Shown piece after piece: positions 27,811 to 38,182 of a DNA stretch of 64,000 nucleotides. The stretch covers positions 175,315 to 239,314 of the forward strand of contig JBBTAN010000017.1 of the NCBI GenBank assembly GCA_038044205.1, given 5' to 3'. How positions within the stretch are numbered: the first letter of the stretch is position 1; the number at the start of each line of letters is the position of its first letter. The position numbers and the translations under genes are program-made. Below the pieces are notes generated by a model that saw only the letters and a program-made list of their open reading frames with translations, made no database searches and was not told the DNA's origin. This DNA comes from Nanobdellota archaeon. Lineage in GTDB: Archaea > Nanobdellota > Nanobdellia > Pacearchaeales > GW2011-AR1.

Positions 27811-28284
27811 TTAATATACTCTACTTACTCCATGACCTCCATCTGATTTCTTATTTACTTTTCTACGGGGTTGATTTTCTTGTTTAACTGTTTCGTAACC
27901 TAATATTTCTTTATAAGAATAAATTGGTCTATTCCCTTTTCTAATACTGAAGTCAGAAGAGTAGTTTCTTCTGGCTTCTTTATTACATTTACTACAATAT
28001 ATTTCCTCCCCAGGAACGTGAAGAATTTCAAATTTTTCTGAACAATTATCGCAAATATAAGAATATAATATAGGTTTAGAGAAGTTCTTTGCTGTTATCT
28101 TTTTTCGTCCAAGAAATTTATCATTTTTATCACTTAGCGCCCCAGGAACAATAAAATTAGTTGGTGTTATTATTCTTTCTACTAAACCTGAACAAGTAGG
28201 ACATTTATCTAATGCTTTTTCTTTCATTGATTGAAAAATATCAAATTGTCCACACTTGCAACATTCATATTTGTAATAAGGCAT
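27811..28284 (-). CDS. FmdB-family zinc-ribbon protein (two CxxC..CxxC ribbons)
   Basis: MPYYKYECCKCG..FD..QSM...CPTC; second PILYSYICDNC...CSKC. Confidence 0.8.
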   Translation of the reverse strand: MPYYKYECCKCGQFDIFQSMKEKALDKCPTCSGLVERIITPTNFIVPGALSDKNDKFLGRKKITAKNFSKPILYSYICDNCSEKFEILHVPGEEIYCSKCNKEARRNYSSDFSIRKGNRPIYSYKEILGYETVKQENQPRRKVNKKSDGGHGVSRVY

Positions 28285-28335
28285 AATATATTTTCTCCTT
28301 TTTTATATTATATAACATTCACAAGGAAAAATTAA

Positions 28336-28986
28336 ATGAAATATAATCCAGACACTAATTATATTGGTTTTTTTGATGAAGTAGGAAGAGGTTGTCTATT
28401 TGGACCTGTAGTAGTTGGATTAGTTCTTCTACCAGAAGAAGAAATAAATAATAAAATAGAAGGTGTAACAGATTCTAAAAGAATGACAGCTAAATTAAGA
28501 AGAAAACAATATTTTATTCTTAAAAAGAAAGTATTATATCAATTGGGTTATTCTACGGTTGATGAAATATATGAATATGGAATAAATAAATGTATTTTTA
28601 AGTCAATGAAGAGGGCATTAAATAAATTTTTAGAATTATATAAAGATATAAAAATAAATTATTTTATTATGGATGGTTGTGAGGATTTTGGTGGGGAGAT
28701 ATTAGGTATTCCTTTGAAGGCAGAGATTAAGGCTGATTTGAATAGGCCAGGGTGTTCTGCGGCATCTGTATTGGCTAAAGTGGCAAGAGATAAATGGATG
28801 GAGATGGTGGGAGTCAATTATAAAGAATATAATATTATTAGTAATAAGGGTTATAGTTCAAGGGGACATATAGCTGCAATAGTTAAATATGGGCCAAGTG
28901 ATTTACATAGGACTATGTATGTCAACACGTTAATGAAAAATTTAATGAAAAAAGGAATTATGGCCAAATGGGTAATGGATAAATAA
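28336..28986 (+). CDS. rnhB: Ribonuclease HII
   Basis: DEVGRGCLFGPVV, DSK, MDG, KAD, AASVLAKVARD, NKGY. Confidence 0.92.
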   Translation: MKYNPDTNYIGFFDEVGRGCLFGPVVVGLVLLPEEEINNKIEGVTDSKRMTAKLRRKQYFILKKKVLYQLGYSTVDEIYEYGINKCIFKSMKRALNKFLELYKDIKINYFIMDGCEDFGGEILGIPLKAEIKADLNRPGCSAASVLAKVARDKWMEMVGVNYKEYNIISNKGYSSRGHIAAIVKYGPSDLHRTMYVNTLMKNLMKKGIMAKWVMDK

Positions 28987-28987
28987 A

Positions 28988-29254
28988 ATGGAAAGTAATA
29001 AAGAAAAAATTATTGTTAGCTGGACAGATAATGGTAGAATTGTAGAAAAAGAGATATCTGTAGATGTGAGTACGAATTATTTCAATGAAAAAGTTGTTAA
29101 ATATAGAGGCGGTTATCGGTCATTAGACTATAGAAAAGGATTCTATATTCTTTATGTAGGAGATGTAGTCAATTTTAGTTTAGAAGCATTCGATTTAATT
29201 GGAGAAAAAGAAAAATATATAAATTATTCTATTTTTGGGGCATTAGAAATATAA
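28988..29254 (+). CDS. Orphan ending in IFGALEI (dispersed member of the C-terminal motif family)
   Basis: Same C-terminal motif as the genes at 13369-15508. Confidence 0.7.
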   Translation: MESNKEKIIVSWTDNGRIVEKEISVDVSTNYFNEKVVKYRGGYRSLDYRKGFYILYVGDVVNFSLEAFDLIGEKEKYINYSIFGALEI

Positions 29255-29268
29255 AAAGGAAAAAGTAG

Positions 29269-29466
29269 ATGGTAAAAAATAATAAATTAAAAGTAACAAT
29301 TAGATATATAATGGATGGCGAGATAAAAGAAAGTAAGGATTTATTTTTTAAGGTAATAATGAATGGCCAAGGAAAAGAATTTATTGAGTATAAAGGAATT
29401 AAGTGGTTATTAAAGAAAGAAAAAGGTGTAGATGTAATTGATATCTATGATGCTATTCCAATTTAG
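29269..29466 (+). CDS. Hypothetical protein ending in IYDAIPI (possible degenerate motif)
   Basis: ORF with AAGGA SD. Confidence 0.55.
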   Translation: MVKNNKLKVTIRYIMDGEIKESKDLFFKVIMNGQGKEFIEYKGIKWLLKKEKGVDVIDIYDAIPI

Positions 29467-29467
29467 A

Positions 29468-29496
29468 AGGAATATATTTATTTTATTTTGAATATA
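29468..29496 (+). promoter_or_regulatory. AGGA-N18-GAATA promoter-like motif
   Basis: AGGA 29468-29471, GAAT 29490-29493. Confidence 0.55.
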
Positions 29497-29521
29497 ATAT
29501 AAAGAATAAAGGAGAAAAAAA

Positions 29522-29749
29522 ATGCGAATATATCCAAATGAAGCTGATGCGCTGACTCAATATAATACAAGAACATTGAGATATATTGAGTTTAAGTGTC
29601 CTTTTACTTATCAGGATAAAATGTGTGGGAATTGGTGTCCACTTTTTCAGTATGATTCCCATCCAGTAGATTCCACTACAACTTCGCAGCAGAGAGTTGC
29701 GTTGCAGTGTGGGTCTGGTAAGGTTGGATTCCAGGTATTCCAGATATAA
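29522..29749 (+). CDS. Small Cys-rich (probably Zn-binding) protein
   Basis: CPF...CGNWCPLF...LQCG; AAGGAG SD. Confidence 0.6.
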   Translation: MRIYPNEADALTQYNTRTLRYIEFKCPFTYQDKMCGNWCPLFQYDSHPVDSTTTSQQRVALQCGSGKVGFQVFQI

Positions 29750-29750
29750 T

Positions 29751-29803
29751 CCAATTGATCCGCCTACCATAGAGAACATAGCCATTATCTGACAGTGCAA
29801 GAA
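29751..29803 (+). promoter_or_regulatory. CCAATTGATCCG promoter-like motif, copy 4
   Basis: CCAATTGATCCG-N15-ATAGCCATTATCT-N3-AGTGCAAGAA. Confidence 0.6.
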
Positions 29804-29942
29804 GGTAATAGCCATTAGGGCTTTACCTTTTTGTATTTTATTCTCTAAATAAAAGTGTTGTATTAGAAGGAATTTGCCTATATTTTCTGTAATATAATAG
29901 TAATGAATGAGTAAGAAAAAAGTATAAAAAAGGAAAAGGGAA

Positions 29943-32396
29943 ATGGAAAGTAAAGAATTCTCTTCTGTTGTAAATGGTATCCAATCCAACGTTAAAAAAG
30001 AAAATATATCAGATCTTATTTTTCTTGGAAATAATATTGATATTATTAAGGAAAAGATTGAATCGGAAGTTGAGTCTGGTAAACATTATTCTCGTAATTC
30101 TTCTGATTGGAAGAGAGAGTGTAGTAGAAGGATTGGTATTCTTGGAGAATATATTGCTTCTTTGGGTTTTCTTTTGAAAGTTCCATTCTTTACTGATAAG
30201 TATGGACCAAATTTTTCTCTTTATGGGTGGGATAAGACTAATAAAATTCCCAATAAAATAAATAGTATTTTAGACTTATCTTCTGGTAGTAGTGCAGGTG
30301 GTGAAATTGATATTCTTATTATTGATGAAGTAATTAAAAAGATTTATTGTTTTTCTTCTAAATTTAAGAATATATACGATGGGACTATTCATTGGAGTGA
30401 TATGGAAATTGATAGAATGCCTATTATTGAAAGTAAGAATATAAAAAGTCTTGAGGAATATAAGGACTTCGGGTATGGAACTTTTATTTTTGATAGGTCT
30501 CATATTGTAAATAACTGCAAAAAGTATTCTGATACTATTATTTACGATTGGAAGGATGTTGATGTAATATGGAAGCAGGTATACAGTATTCTACAGTATA
30601 ATAAATTTGATTGTAATAAATTAAATAATATTATTTCTGGTGGAAGTAAACAGCATTTAGTTCCAAGGTTTCATCAGAAAAAAGCTGCTGAAGCGGCTAT
30701 GACTTATTGGAATAAAGAAGAAGGTAAATTTTATCTTTATGATCATATTTGCCGTTCTGGTAAAACTATTACGGCTCTTTATACTTGTCAGCAGATGAAA
30801 TTTAATAATGTTTTACTTATTACAAGTTTTCCTTGTATAAACGAAATGGAATGGAGTGATACTGTTGATAGATTTTATGATTTTTCTTACTGGAATGTTG
30901 TAAATTACTCTGGTCACAAAGGAGAGTTTGATTCTGATAAGTCTAACTTTGTTATGATCTCATTTCAGGATTTGAAATCGAATGATGTAGATAACAATTG
31001 TTATGGTTTAGATAAAAGTAAGTTTGATTCAATAAGAGGTAAGAAATGGGATTGTATTATTATTGATGAAGTTCATTATGGATATGAGACAGAAAAGAGT
31101 AAGAATATAATGGAAGGATTTGATTTTTCTCATTGTTTGTGTTTGTCTGCAACTCCATTTGTAAATTATTTTAGAAATACATTTGATTCTTCCAATACTC
31201 ACAGGTGGACACTTTTTGATGAAAAGGAAATGTCGAAGGATTATCCTTATTATGCTGAATATCCTAAAATGAATTTTCTTCTTTTCTCTCCTCCAAAAAA
31301 GGTGTATGAAGATTATTTGCAAGAGTATATTAAAGAAGATGGATTGACATTTAGGAAATTGTTGAAGATTAAAGGTAGTGATACGTTCTTTTATGAAAAA
31401 GATATAAAGACAATTGTTAAATTTATATTTGGAGAGAAAGATAGCGAGAATAGATATAATTCAATGAATACTCCATTCAATTATTCGAGAGAAGAAATTG
31501 GTGGTAGTAGTGGTAATGGTATTCTTATTTTTGTTCCTGAATGTATTCACTGTAAACCTCTACAGCAAATTCTTTTAAATAATGAAATGGTAAAACATAT
31601 TTTTGGAAGTAATGTACATTATACTTATAGTGATTTGAATAAGTCTGGAGAATTGAAGGGTTGGTTGAAGAAGAATGCTAATCCACCTTTTATTATTATA
31701 GCTGTTGGACAATTGACGACAGGAGTAACGGTTGCTGGTGTTGATACGGTTATACTTATGGACGACACGGAGAGTCCACAACAGATTATGCAGAGAATGT
31801 TTAGGTGTAGGACAGCTACGAAAGGCAAGAAAGAAGCTTTTGTAATTGATTTAAATCCAACGCGAACTTTTAAAATGATTTATGAATACACTGCAACTTT
31901 GGCAGAAATAGATAAAGAAGATCAAATATCTTATTTTAAGAAATTTTTCAAATTGATGCCTATTGTTTATTGTAAGGATAATAAATTTATTGATGTAGAA
32001 AAGGATATTGTTAAGATATTTCAAGAAGCCTCCAGTAAATATTATGATTGCTTTGGTAAAGCATCATTGATAAACGATATTCCTGACTCTGTAGCTGTTT
32101 TTCTAAATAATATTAAATTTAATAGAAAAGGCAGTAAATCAAAATATACAGAAGGAATAGATAAAGGGAAAACTGTTAAGAAAAATGATAAAATTGACGG
32201 AGAAAGTAAAAAAGAAGATGTAGATAACGATGAAGATAATACGGTAACAGTAAAAGAAAAGATAATTTCTATTCTTCAGTCTCTTTGCTGGGCCTCTGTT
32301 CTTTCAGGATGTAAGTTCAATAGGTATGATGAAATTTTTGAATATTTAGACAAAAACCCTAATTTGAAGTGTGAATATGATAAATTATTATTTTAA
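29943..32396 (+). CDS. SF2 helicase/ATPase with putative N-terminal nuclease (Type III Res/Type ISP-like)
   Basis: CRSGKT, IIDEVH, LSATP, LTTGVTV, QRMFRCRT; N-terminal GEIDI...SSK. Confidence 0.8.
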   Translation: MESKEFSSVVNGIQSNVKKENISDLIFLGNNIDIIKEKIESEVESGKHYSRNSSDWKRECSRRIGILGEYIASLGFLLKVPFFTDKYGPNFSLYGWDKTNKIPNKINSILDLSSGSSAGGEIDILIIDEVIKKIYCFSSKFKNIYDGTIHWSDMEIDRMPIIESKNIKSLEEYKDFGYGTFIFDRSHIVNNCKKYSDTIIYDWKDVDVIWKQVYSILQYNKFDCNKLNNIISGGSKQHLVPRFHQKKAAEAAMTYWNKEEGKFYLYDHICRSGKTITALYTCQQMKFNNVLLITSFPCINEMEWSDTVDRFYDFSYWNVVNYSGHKGEFDSDKSNFVMISFQDLKSNDVDNNCYGLDKSKFDSIRGKKWDCIIIDEVHYGYETEKSKNIMEGFDFSHCLCLSATPFVNYFRNTFDSSNTHRWTLFDEKEMSKDYPYYAEYPKMNFLLFSPPKKVYEDYLQEYIKEDGLTFRKLLKIKGSDTFFYEKDIKTIVKFIFGEKDSENRYNSMNTPFNYSREEIGGSSGNGILIFVPECIHCKPLQQILLNNEMVKHIFGSNVHYTYSDLNKSGELKGWLKKNANPPFIIIAVGQLTTGVTVAGVDTVILMDDTESPQQIMQRMFRCRTATKGKKEAFVIDLNPTRTFKMIYEYTATLAEIDKEDQISYFKKFFKLMPIVYCKDNKFIDVEKDIVKIFQEASSKYYDCFGKASLINDIPDSVAVFLNNIKFNRKGSKSKYTEGIDKGKTVKKNDKIDGESKKEDVDNDEDNTVTVKEKIISILQSLCWASVLSGCKFNRYDEIFEYLDKNPNLKCEYDKLLF

Positions 32397-33779
32397 TGAA
32401 AGTAGAAAGAAATACAATGAATACATTAAGTGGGAAAGAGATAATTTCTATTCTAAATGATTGTGTTGATGTTAAAAAATTAAATTCTATAATAGGAAAT
32501 TTCAACATGAATGTAAAGACAAAGCCTAAAGAAATAAATAAAATGTTGCTCTTGAATGAAAAGTTCAAGAATCTATTTGGAGAGGTGTTTACGCCATTCC
32601 CGTTAGTAGAAGAGATGTTAGATAAATTACCTAAAGAAGTTTGGAATAATAAAGATTTAAAATGGCTTGATCCCGCTTGTGGAACTTGTAATTTTCATTT
32701 GGCTATTAAAGAAAGACTGATGGAAGGTTTGAAAGATATTATTATTGATAGAGATGAAAGAGAAAAACATATTCTTGAAAATATGATTTATGGTGTTGAT
32801 ACAAGAGAGAAATGTTATTTTAAGTAAGTTTAGGATAGATCCATTTAATAAGTATAAATTAAATATAGAATCTCATGATTCATTAAAATTCAATTTCTGG
32901 AATATGAAATTTGATATTATTGTTGGAAATCCTCCATATCAGGATTCCGAGAAGAATAAAAAAGGTAATCTATGGTCTAAATTTATTATGCGATTTTTTG
33001 AAGAAATATTAAAAGATGAAGGTTTTATTTGTTTTGTGACGCCTCCTAGTTGGATGTCTGGAACGAATGAAAATGGTAATGAGAAAAAGAAAATAATTCA
33101 TAAAATATTTTCAAAAAATGATATTTTATATCTAAATTTAGATGTTAAGAAATATTTCAATGTAGGTAGTCAATTTTCTTCATACGTTATAAGAAAGAGT
33201 AATACAAATATTTTTACAAATGTTATTAGTAATGGAGTTGTATCTGATATAAATCTAAAGGATTTTCTGTTTTTGCCAAAAATACTTACGAATATATCTT
33301 TAAATATAATAAATAAAATTTTCAATAAAGATTTTCCTAAAAAACCTTTCACTTCTCAATGGTGTCTTGGTTATCCGCAGAAAGAAGGAAAAGAAAAATT
33401 TAAAATACATAACTCCAGCGGGAAGTTTGCTTCAAGTGCTACAGAGCCTAAAAATTCAAATATAAAGAAAGTTATATTTTCTATTCCTGGTAATGTTAAT
33501 GCTTTTTATGATGATGGAGTATACGGGACATCTATAAATGCCTATTGGATGGAAGTGGAGGGGGAAGATGAGGCCAATAAATATATAAATGCTATAAATT
33601 CTAAATTATTTTTATTTTTATTTAATCAATGTAAATATAGTGGATTTAATAATATTCTTCTGTTAAAAAACTTTCCTAAAATAAGTGATGAAAAAGACAT
33701 ATATTCTTATTTTAAGTTAGATAATGATGAAATAAAATTTGTAGAGGGTTTTAATGATAAGGGAACTTCTAATGAATAA
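32396..33779 (+). pseudogene. Eco57I-like N6-adenine DNA methyltransferase split by a frameshift near 32800
   Basis: 32396-32827 carries GEVFTP, LDPACG and YGVD; 32790-33779 continues IQERN...IVGNPPY; the frames join at GTTGATACAAGAG. Confidence 0.75.
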
Positions 33780-34140
33780 ATATTTATCAGAATTATTCTT
33801 GGAATTAGAAGAGCATATTCAACAAGGAAGATATAATATTAAAATTATAGATAGGAAAAAGTTCAAGAAAAAGTTTATTGTAAAAGGTGATGGTTTATTG
33901 TCATCGGAATTGGGTGACAATAGTTTAGAAAATATGTTTATATTTGATGAGTATAAGATTGATGAATATGTATGCGATTTAATTATCTATGAATGGTTGT
34001 TAGACCATAAGGATGAAAGATATAAAGATTTTACTTTTATATTAATCCCAAAGGGAATAGATGTTGATATGGGAAATGTTACAATAGAAGAATTGATTAA
34101 TTTTATTTCGCCGCAAACAAATAAAACAAAGGATGTATGA
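33754..34140 (+). CDS. Hypothetical protein
   Basis: ORF in operon context. Confidence 0.5.
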   Translation: MIRELLMNKYLSELFLELEEHIQQGRYNIKIIDRKKFKKKFIVKGDGLLSSELGDNSLENMFIFDEYKIDEYVCDLIIYEWLLDHKDERYKDFTFILIPKGIDVDMGNVTIEELINFISPQTNKTKDV

Positions 34141-34144
34141 TTAA

Positions 34145-34702
34145 ATGAATGAAAAAGAAAAAGCAATTAAATGTTTTAAAAAATTAGTAAAATATGCCGA
34201 AATAGATATACCTAAATTGTTAGAAATAGAAGGTATTGCTGGACAAATAGCTCATTGTGTAAATAATGGAATAGATTGGTTGGGATGTATTGTATATGGA
34301 GGAATTTCGAAAGAACGATACAAGAAAATTATTGTAGAGTATTTTCTTGATGACTATCCATATAAAAATGATAAAATTGAACTTTCTAAATTTATATATG
34401 AATATATACGGTGTGGTTTTACTCATGAAGGTTTTAGTAAAGGTAATATAGAACCAGTTAGAAGTAATGATAATAAATTATTGATAAAAGGTGATAAAAT
34501 TAAATTCAATGTAGACGAATTTGCACGACGGTATTTAAAAGTATTATATTTGATAAAAGAGGAAGTTAAATATCTACCGCCTAAACCGGATCCCAATAAC
34601 GAGGTTAAGTTGTCATCAGTTAAAGAAATAATTTCCAGGAAGAAAGATTTCTTTTCTAGTAATTATTCTTATCAAAATTCCACTACACCTTACAGTATTT
34701 AA
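34145..34702 (+). CDS. Hypothetical protein, possibly HEPN-like
   Basis: IYEYIRCGFTHEG (R-x4-H) resembles the HEPN motif; weak. Confidence 0.4.
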   Translation: MNEKEKAIKCFKKLVKYAEIDIPKLLEIEGIAGQIAHCVNNGIDWLGCIVYGGISKERYKKIIVEYFLDDYPYKNDKIELSKFIYEYIRCGFTHEGFSKGNIEPVRSNDNKLLIKGDKIKFNVDEFARRYLKVLYLIKEEVKYLPPKPDPNNEVKLSSVKEIISRKKDFFSSNYSYQNSTTPYSI

Positions 34703-35052
34703 TTTACAATCTCAATAAACCAATCTGGCTGTTCGTCTAAACTTCTAATAAAGTTTTTACATATTTTTTTCCCAATAAATTCTAATTCTTCTACTGTTAG
34801 TTCAGTAGAGACGGTCATTCTGCTAATATCAGCGCCAGCATCATCAGCAAATTCTAATAATTCTTTAAATAACTCTTCATCATTTATGAATTCTAAAAAT
34901 TTAGAATAAAAATATTCATTACCTTCTAATACTTTTTCTATTTGTTCTTCTGAATCAAAGTCCTCTAAATCATTAATCATATCTAACTCTTCATCTGGTT
35001 CATCAGGCAATATACTTGATAAACTTTTCCTTGGATTATATTTTTTACTCAT
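34699..35052 (-). CDS. Acidic hypothetical protein
   Basis: AAGGAG SD; D/E-rich. Confidence 0.6.
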   Translation of the reverse strand: MSKKYNPRKSLSSILPDEPDEELDMINDLEDFDSEEQIEKVLEGNEYFYSKFLEFINDEELFKELLEFADDAGADISRMTVSTELTVEELEFIGKKICKNFIRSLDEQPDWFIEIVN

Positions 35053-35168
35053 ATTTTCTCCTTATATGGACCAATATAATTTATTTTTATTATTATATCT
35101 CATTTTTCCTTCATTGTTTTCAGAATTTTCCCGTACAATAAAAATATAATTTACACAGGAGTATAATA

Positions 35169-36614
35169 TTGAAAATCATAAATGAAAAAGAAGGATCGTT
35201 AGTTTTGAAATCTGGTCTTACATTTCAAGGCAAACAAATAAAAGATTTAGAGGTAGATAAGGAGATCCAGGAAGCATTAGATAATCAATTACTTCATGTT
35301 TATATAGAGAAACAAATAATAGATACAGACCCAAATATAAGGAATCAAAAGGAAGCTATATTTGAGGATGATTTCGACGAAGTAACCCCAAAACAACCAG
35401 ATTATGAATTTGCAGAAGACTTTCATAAACCTCATGGAGTAGCTTTAGCAAAAGATCCCTACGAACACTATAAAAAAACAGGCACAATGCAAGTAGAATG
35501 GACAGGACCAACTCTTGACCTTGGCGGTTACGCCAATATGAATAGATCTTATATATTTCGCCTACAGGATAAAAAAGATATAAGAATAAAGTATGATCTT
35601 TTACCTTCGTTAAATGATTTAGATGAAAATACATTTAGAAGATTGACTCATTTAAGGAATACAGAAGTAAGTGAGACTTGTCCTAAAGTTTATGGAATGA
35701 CAGTTCCTCAAATGTCTCCTTCAAATAGATATAATATATATTATACTATGATGGAGACTGTTGGTATACATAAGATTTATGCTGAAAGGTGTGATTTATG
35801 TAATGAACTTTGGCTTCCTACACAATTTTGTATAGATCAATTTAAAGGAGCAGGTGTAAGAACAAAAATAACAAAAATGCCATTAGGTGTTGATGATAAA
35901 TTATTTAATAGAAACAATATAAAGCCATTAAAACTTACTATTCCACTAAAGAAATTTGTTTTCTTTTCTGTTTTTGGATGGTCGTATAGAAAAGGCTATG
36001 ATATATTATTAAAAGCTTTCTGTGAAGAATTTACATCTAAAGATGATGTAAGTCTTTTAATTTCTTCAAGGTTTTATGGTTCTATATCAGAAGATAAAAA
36101 AGAAAGGATTAGACAGGACACCAGGAACGTATTGGCAATGGTAAACAATAAAGACTTACCCCATATTTCTTTATTTGGGGATTTAATGCCAGTAGACCTG
36201 ATGCCTTCTTTTTTTGCTTTAGCTGATGCTTTTGTTTTGATATCCAGGGGTGAGGGATTTGGTTTACCTTATTGTGAGGCATCGTTGATGGGACTGCCGG
36301 TGATAGGCAGTTATTGCACAGGGCAGACGGAGTTTTTGACTGAAGATAATTCTTTTATTGTTGAACCAGATTGTTATGAAATTGCTGATAAAAGAATGAA
36401 TTGGATTTCTCATTTTTATGAAGGGCAGAAGTTCCCTGAATTTAAGCAACCTGCTATTGAGAAGACAAGGGCGCATATGAGATATGTTTATGAAAATTAT
36501 GAATTGGCTAAACAAAAAAATGAAAAATTAAAAGAATTAGTATTGGAGAAATATACATGGGATATTTCTGCTAATAGAGCCAGAGATAGATTAATTGAAA
36601 TATATAACCGATAA
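35169..36614 (+). CDS. GT4-family glycosyltransferase with N-terminal extension
   Basis: GGYAN, PLGVD, YRKGYDILL, SRGEGFGLPYCEA. Confidence 0.9.
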   Translation: MKIINEKEGSLVLKSGLTFQGKQIKDLEVDKEIQEALDNQLLHVYIEKQIIDTDPNIRNQKEAIFEDDFDEVTPKQPDYEFAEDFHKPHGVALAKDPYEHYKKTGTMQVEWTGPTLDLGGYANMNRSYIFRLQDKKDIRIKYDLLPSLNDLDENTFRRLTHLRNTEVSETCPKVYGMTVPQMSPSNRYNIYYTMMETVGIHKIYAERCDLCNELWLPTQFCIDQFKGAGVRTKITKMPLGVDDKLFNRNNIKPLKLTIPLKKFVFFSVFGWSYRKGYDILLKAFCEEFTSKDDVSLLISSRFYGSISEDKKERIRQDTRNVLAMVNNKDLPHISLFGDLMPVDLMPSFFALADAFVLISRGEGFGLPYCEASLMGLPVIGSYCTGQTEFLTEDNSFIVEPDCYEIADKRMNWISHFYEGQKFPEFKQPAIEKTRAHMRYVYENYELAKQKNEKLKELVLEKYTWDISANRARDRLIEIYNR

Positions 36615-36625
36615 AGGAGAAATTT

Positions 36626-36964
36626 ATGGACAAAAAATATATTGATTTATGTAATGGGAAAATAATTACAACTGGGAAAATGGTGAATAGACCATATGAT
36701 GGATATGCTATATGGTCTATTTTATTATTTGCTTTTATTCTTTTTAATTTAGGGGTATTTATACATCCAAATATTTTATCATTACTTGCAGTATTTTATA
36801 GTGCTATGATTGCTACTTTGGGTGTTATATGTTTGAAAATACATGTAAGTGAAAAATTCCAGCAGCAAATTAAAGCTGTATTAGATATAAAAAGTCTTCA
36901 AGGAGACGAGTTGCCTAAAATTAATATAATAGATATTACATTTGATAAAGGAGAAATAAAATGA
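36626..36964 (+). CDS. Membrane protein (two predicted TM segments)
   Basis: Two hydrophobic stretches. Confidence 0.65.
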   Translation: MDKKYIDLCNGKIITTGKMVNRPYDGYAIWSILLFAFILFNLGVFIHPNILSLLAVFYSAMIATLGVICLKIHVSEKFQQQIKAVLDIKSLQGDELPKINIIDITFDKGEIK

Positions 36965-37659
36965 AATGTATTTTTGTATTTGATGATTTTTCCAAGAATT
37001 TATGGATTGTTTTAGGAGAGAAGATAGAAAAGATTAAATATAGTGATATTGAGCAGAATGAGGAGGCATTAGTTGGTTTAATAAATCAGGGTGTTGTAAT
37101 GGCGGTTCCTACTGAAGTAGAAAAGCAGGATTTAGTTAAAATATTATTAGACAGGAAGCATTCAGATGGTTCTCCATTAGAGAAAATGTTATCTTTAGAT
37201 AAAGTGAGAAAAATAAAAGCAAATCCAGTAAATAAAAATACAACTAATTCAGATAATAAAGTAGATAATAGTAATGCCAGGTATTATATAACAAAGGATT
37301 TATCTCCTGTTGTTATTGGAGGTGGATTAGAAATATTATTAAAGCCAGAAGATTATATTGATGTAGAGAGTATAGGAAGGGATAAATGGAATGATTGTAG
37401 GGATGCGATGTCTGCTGTGAAGAAAAGGATAATTATACCTGCTACTGCGAAGGAAATCAAAGAAAGGAAGCAGAAGTTAAAAGAAAGTAATGTATTGCAC
37501 AATAAAGCGTCAGAAGCGAATATATTAAATACATCGGCTAAAGAAGTTGCAGAGAAAGCTGGATCAGTAGTAGGGTTTAAAGGTGATATAAGTAATGCTG
37601 ATTCAGGTATAGTTGATTCTGGTCCTGAAGGTGTTGAAATAAAAGAATATGAGTATTAG
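36961..37659 (+). CDS. Hypothetical protein
   Basis: ORF with SD and ATGA overlap. Confidence 0.65.
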   Translation: MKCIFVFDDFSKNLWIVLGEKIEKIKYSDIEQNEEALVGLINQGVVMAVPTEVEKQDLVKILLDRKHSDGSPLEKMLSLDKVRKIKANPVNKNTTNSDNKVDNSNARYYITKDLSPVVIGGGLEILLKPEDYIDVESIGRDKWNDCRDAMSAVKKRIIIPATAKEIKERKQKLKESNVLHNKASEANILNTSAKEVAEKAGSVVGFKGDISNADSGIVDSGPEGVEIKEYEY

Positions 37660-37692
37660 GAGATATTTTAATCTCCTAATTTAATAGGAGAT
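37655..37692 (+). promoter_or_regulatory. 10-bp hairpin whose 3' arm can alternatively pair with the next gene's SD
   Basis: ATTAGGAGAT (37655-37664) / ATCTCCTAAT (37671-37680) / TAGGAGAT (37685-37692). Confidence 0.45.
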
Positions 37693-37699
37693 TTTTGAT

Positions 37700-38011
37700 A
37701 TGGATATTAAGGAATTTACTTCGAGAGATGTTCCTGCTGATAAGATGGCTCCTTTTATGTTTGCTGTTATGTTAGATTCTATGAGAGAATTGCTAAATTT
37801 AGGTGAGTTTAAAATTAAAAGTATATCAGAGAGTGAATTTAGATATTTCCGTAAGGTTGCAATGGATAGATTCTACGAACCGTTGACAGCAATTTGCGAA
37901 TATATGGTTGAGAAAGGATTATTAGAAAAGTGTGATTGTGGACTTACTATGAGAAGTGGATGGAAAGAATGTGAAAATTGTAAGGGACTTGGATATAAAG
38001 ATAAAAAATAA
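37700..38011 (+). CDS. Hypothetical protein with C-terminal Zn-finger-like motif
   Basis: CDCG...CENCKGLGY. Confidence 0.65.
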   Translation: MDIKEFTSRDVPADKMAPFMFAVMLDSMRELLNLGEFKIKSISESEFRYFRKVAMDRFYEPLTAICEYMVEKGLLEKCDCGLTMRSGWKECENCKGLGYKDKK

Positions 38012-38182
38012 ATGAAAAATAAACAGAGTTCAGTTGAACAGGCAAATATATTTAATAAGTTATTTATTAAGCAAAAATATTATTTGCCAAAAACAAAAGA
38101 TAATAATTATTTTATTTTTAGTTATAGGAAAATATTCATGAATATGGTTAGAAATTCTAAATACATTACTGGAGTAAATTAA

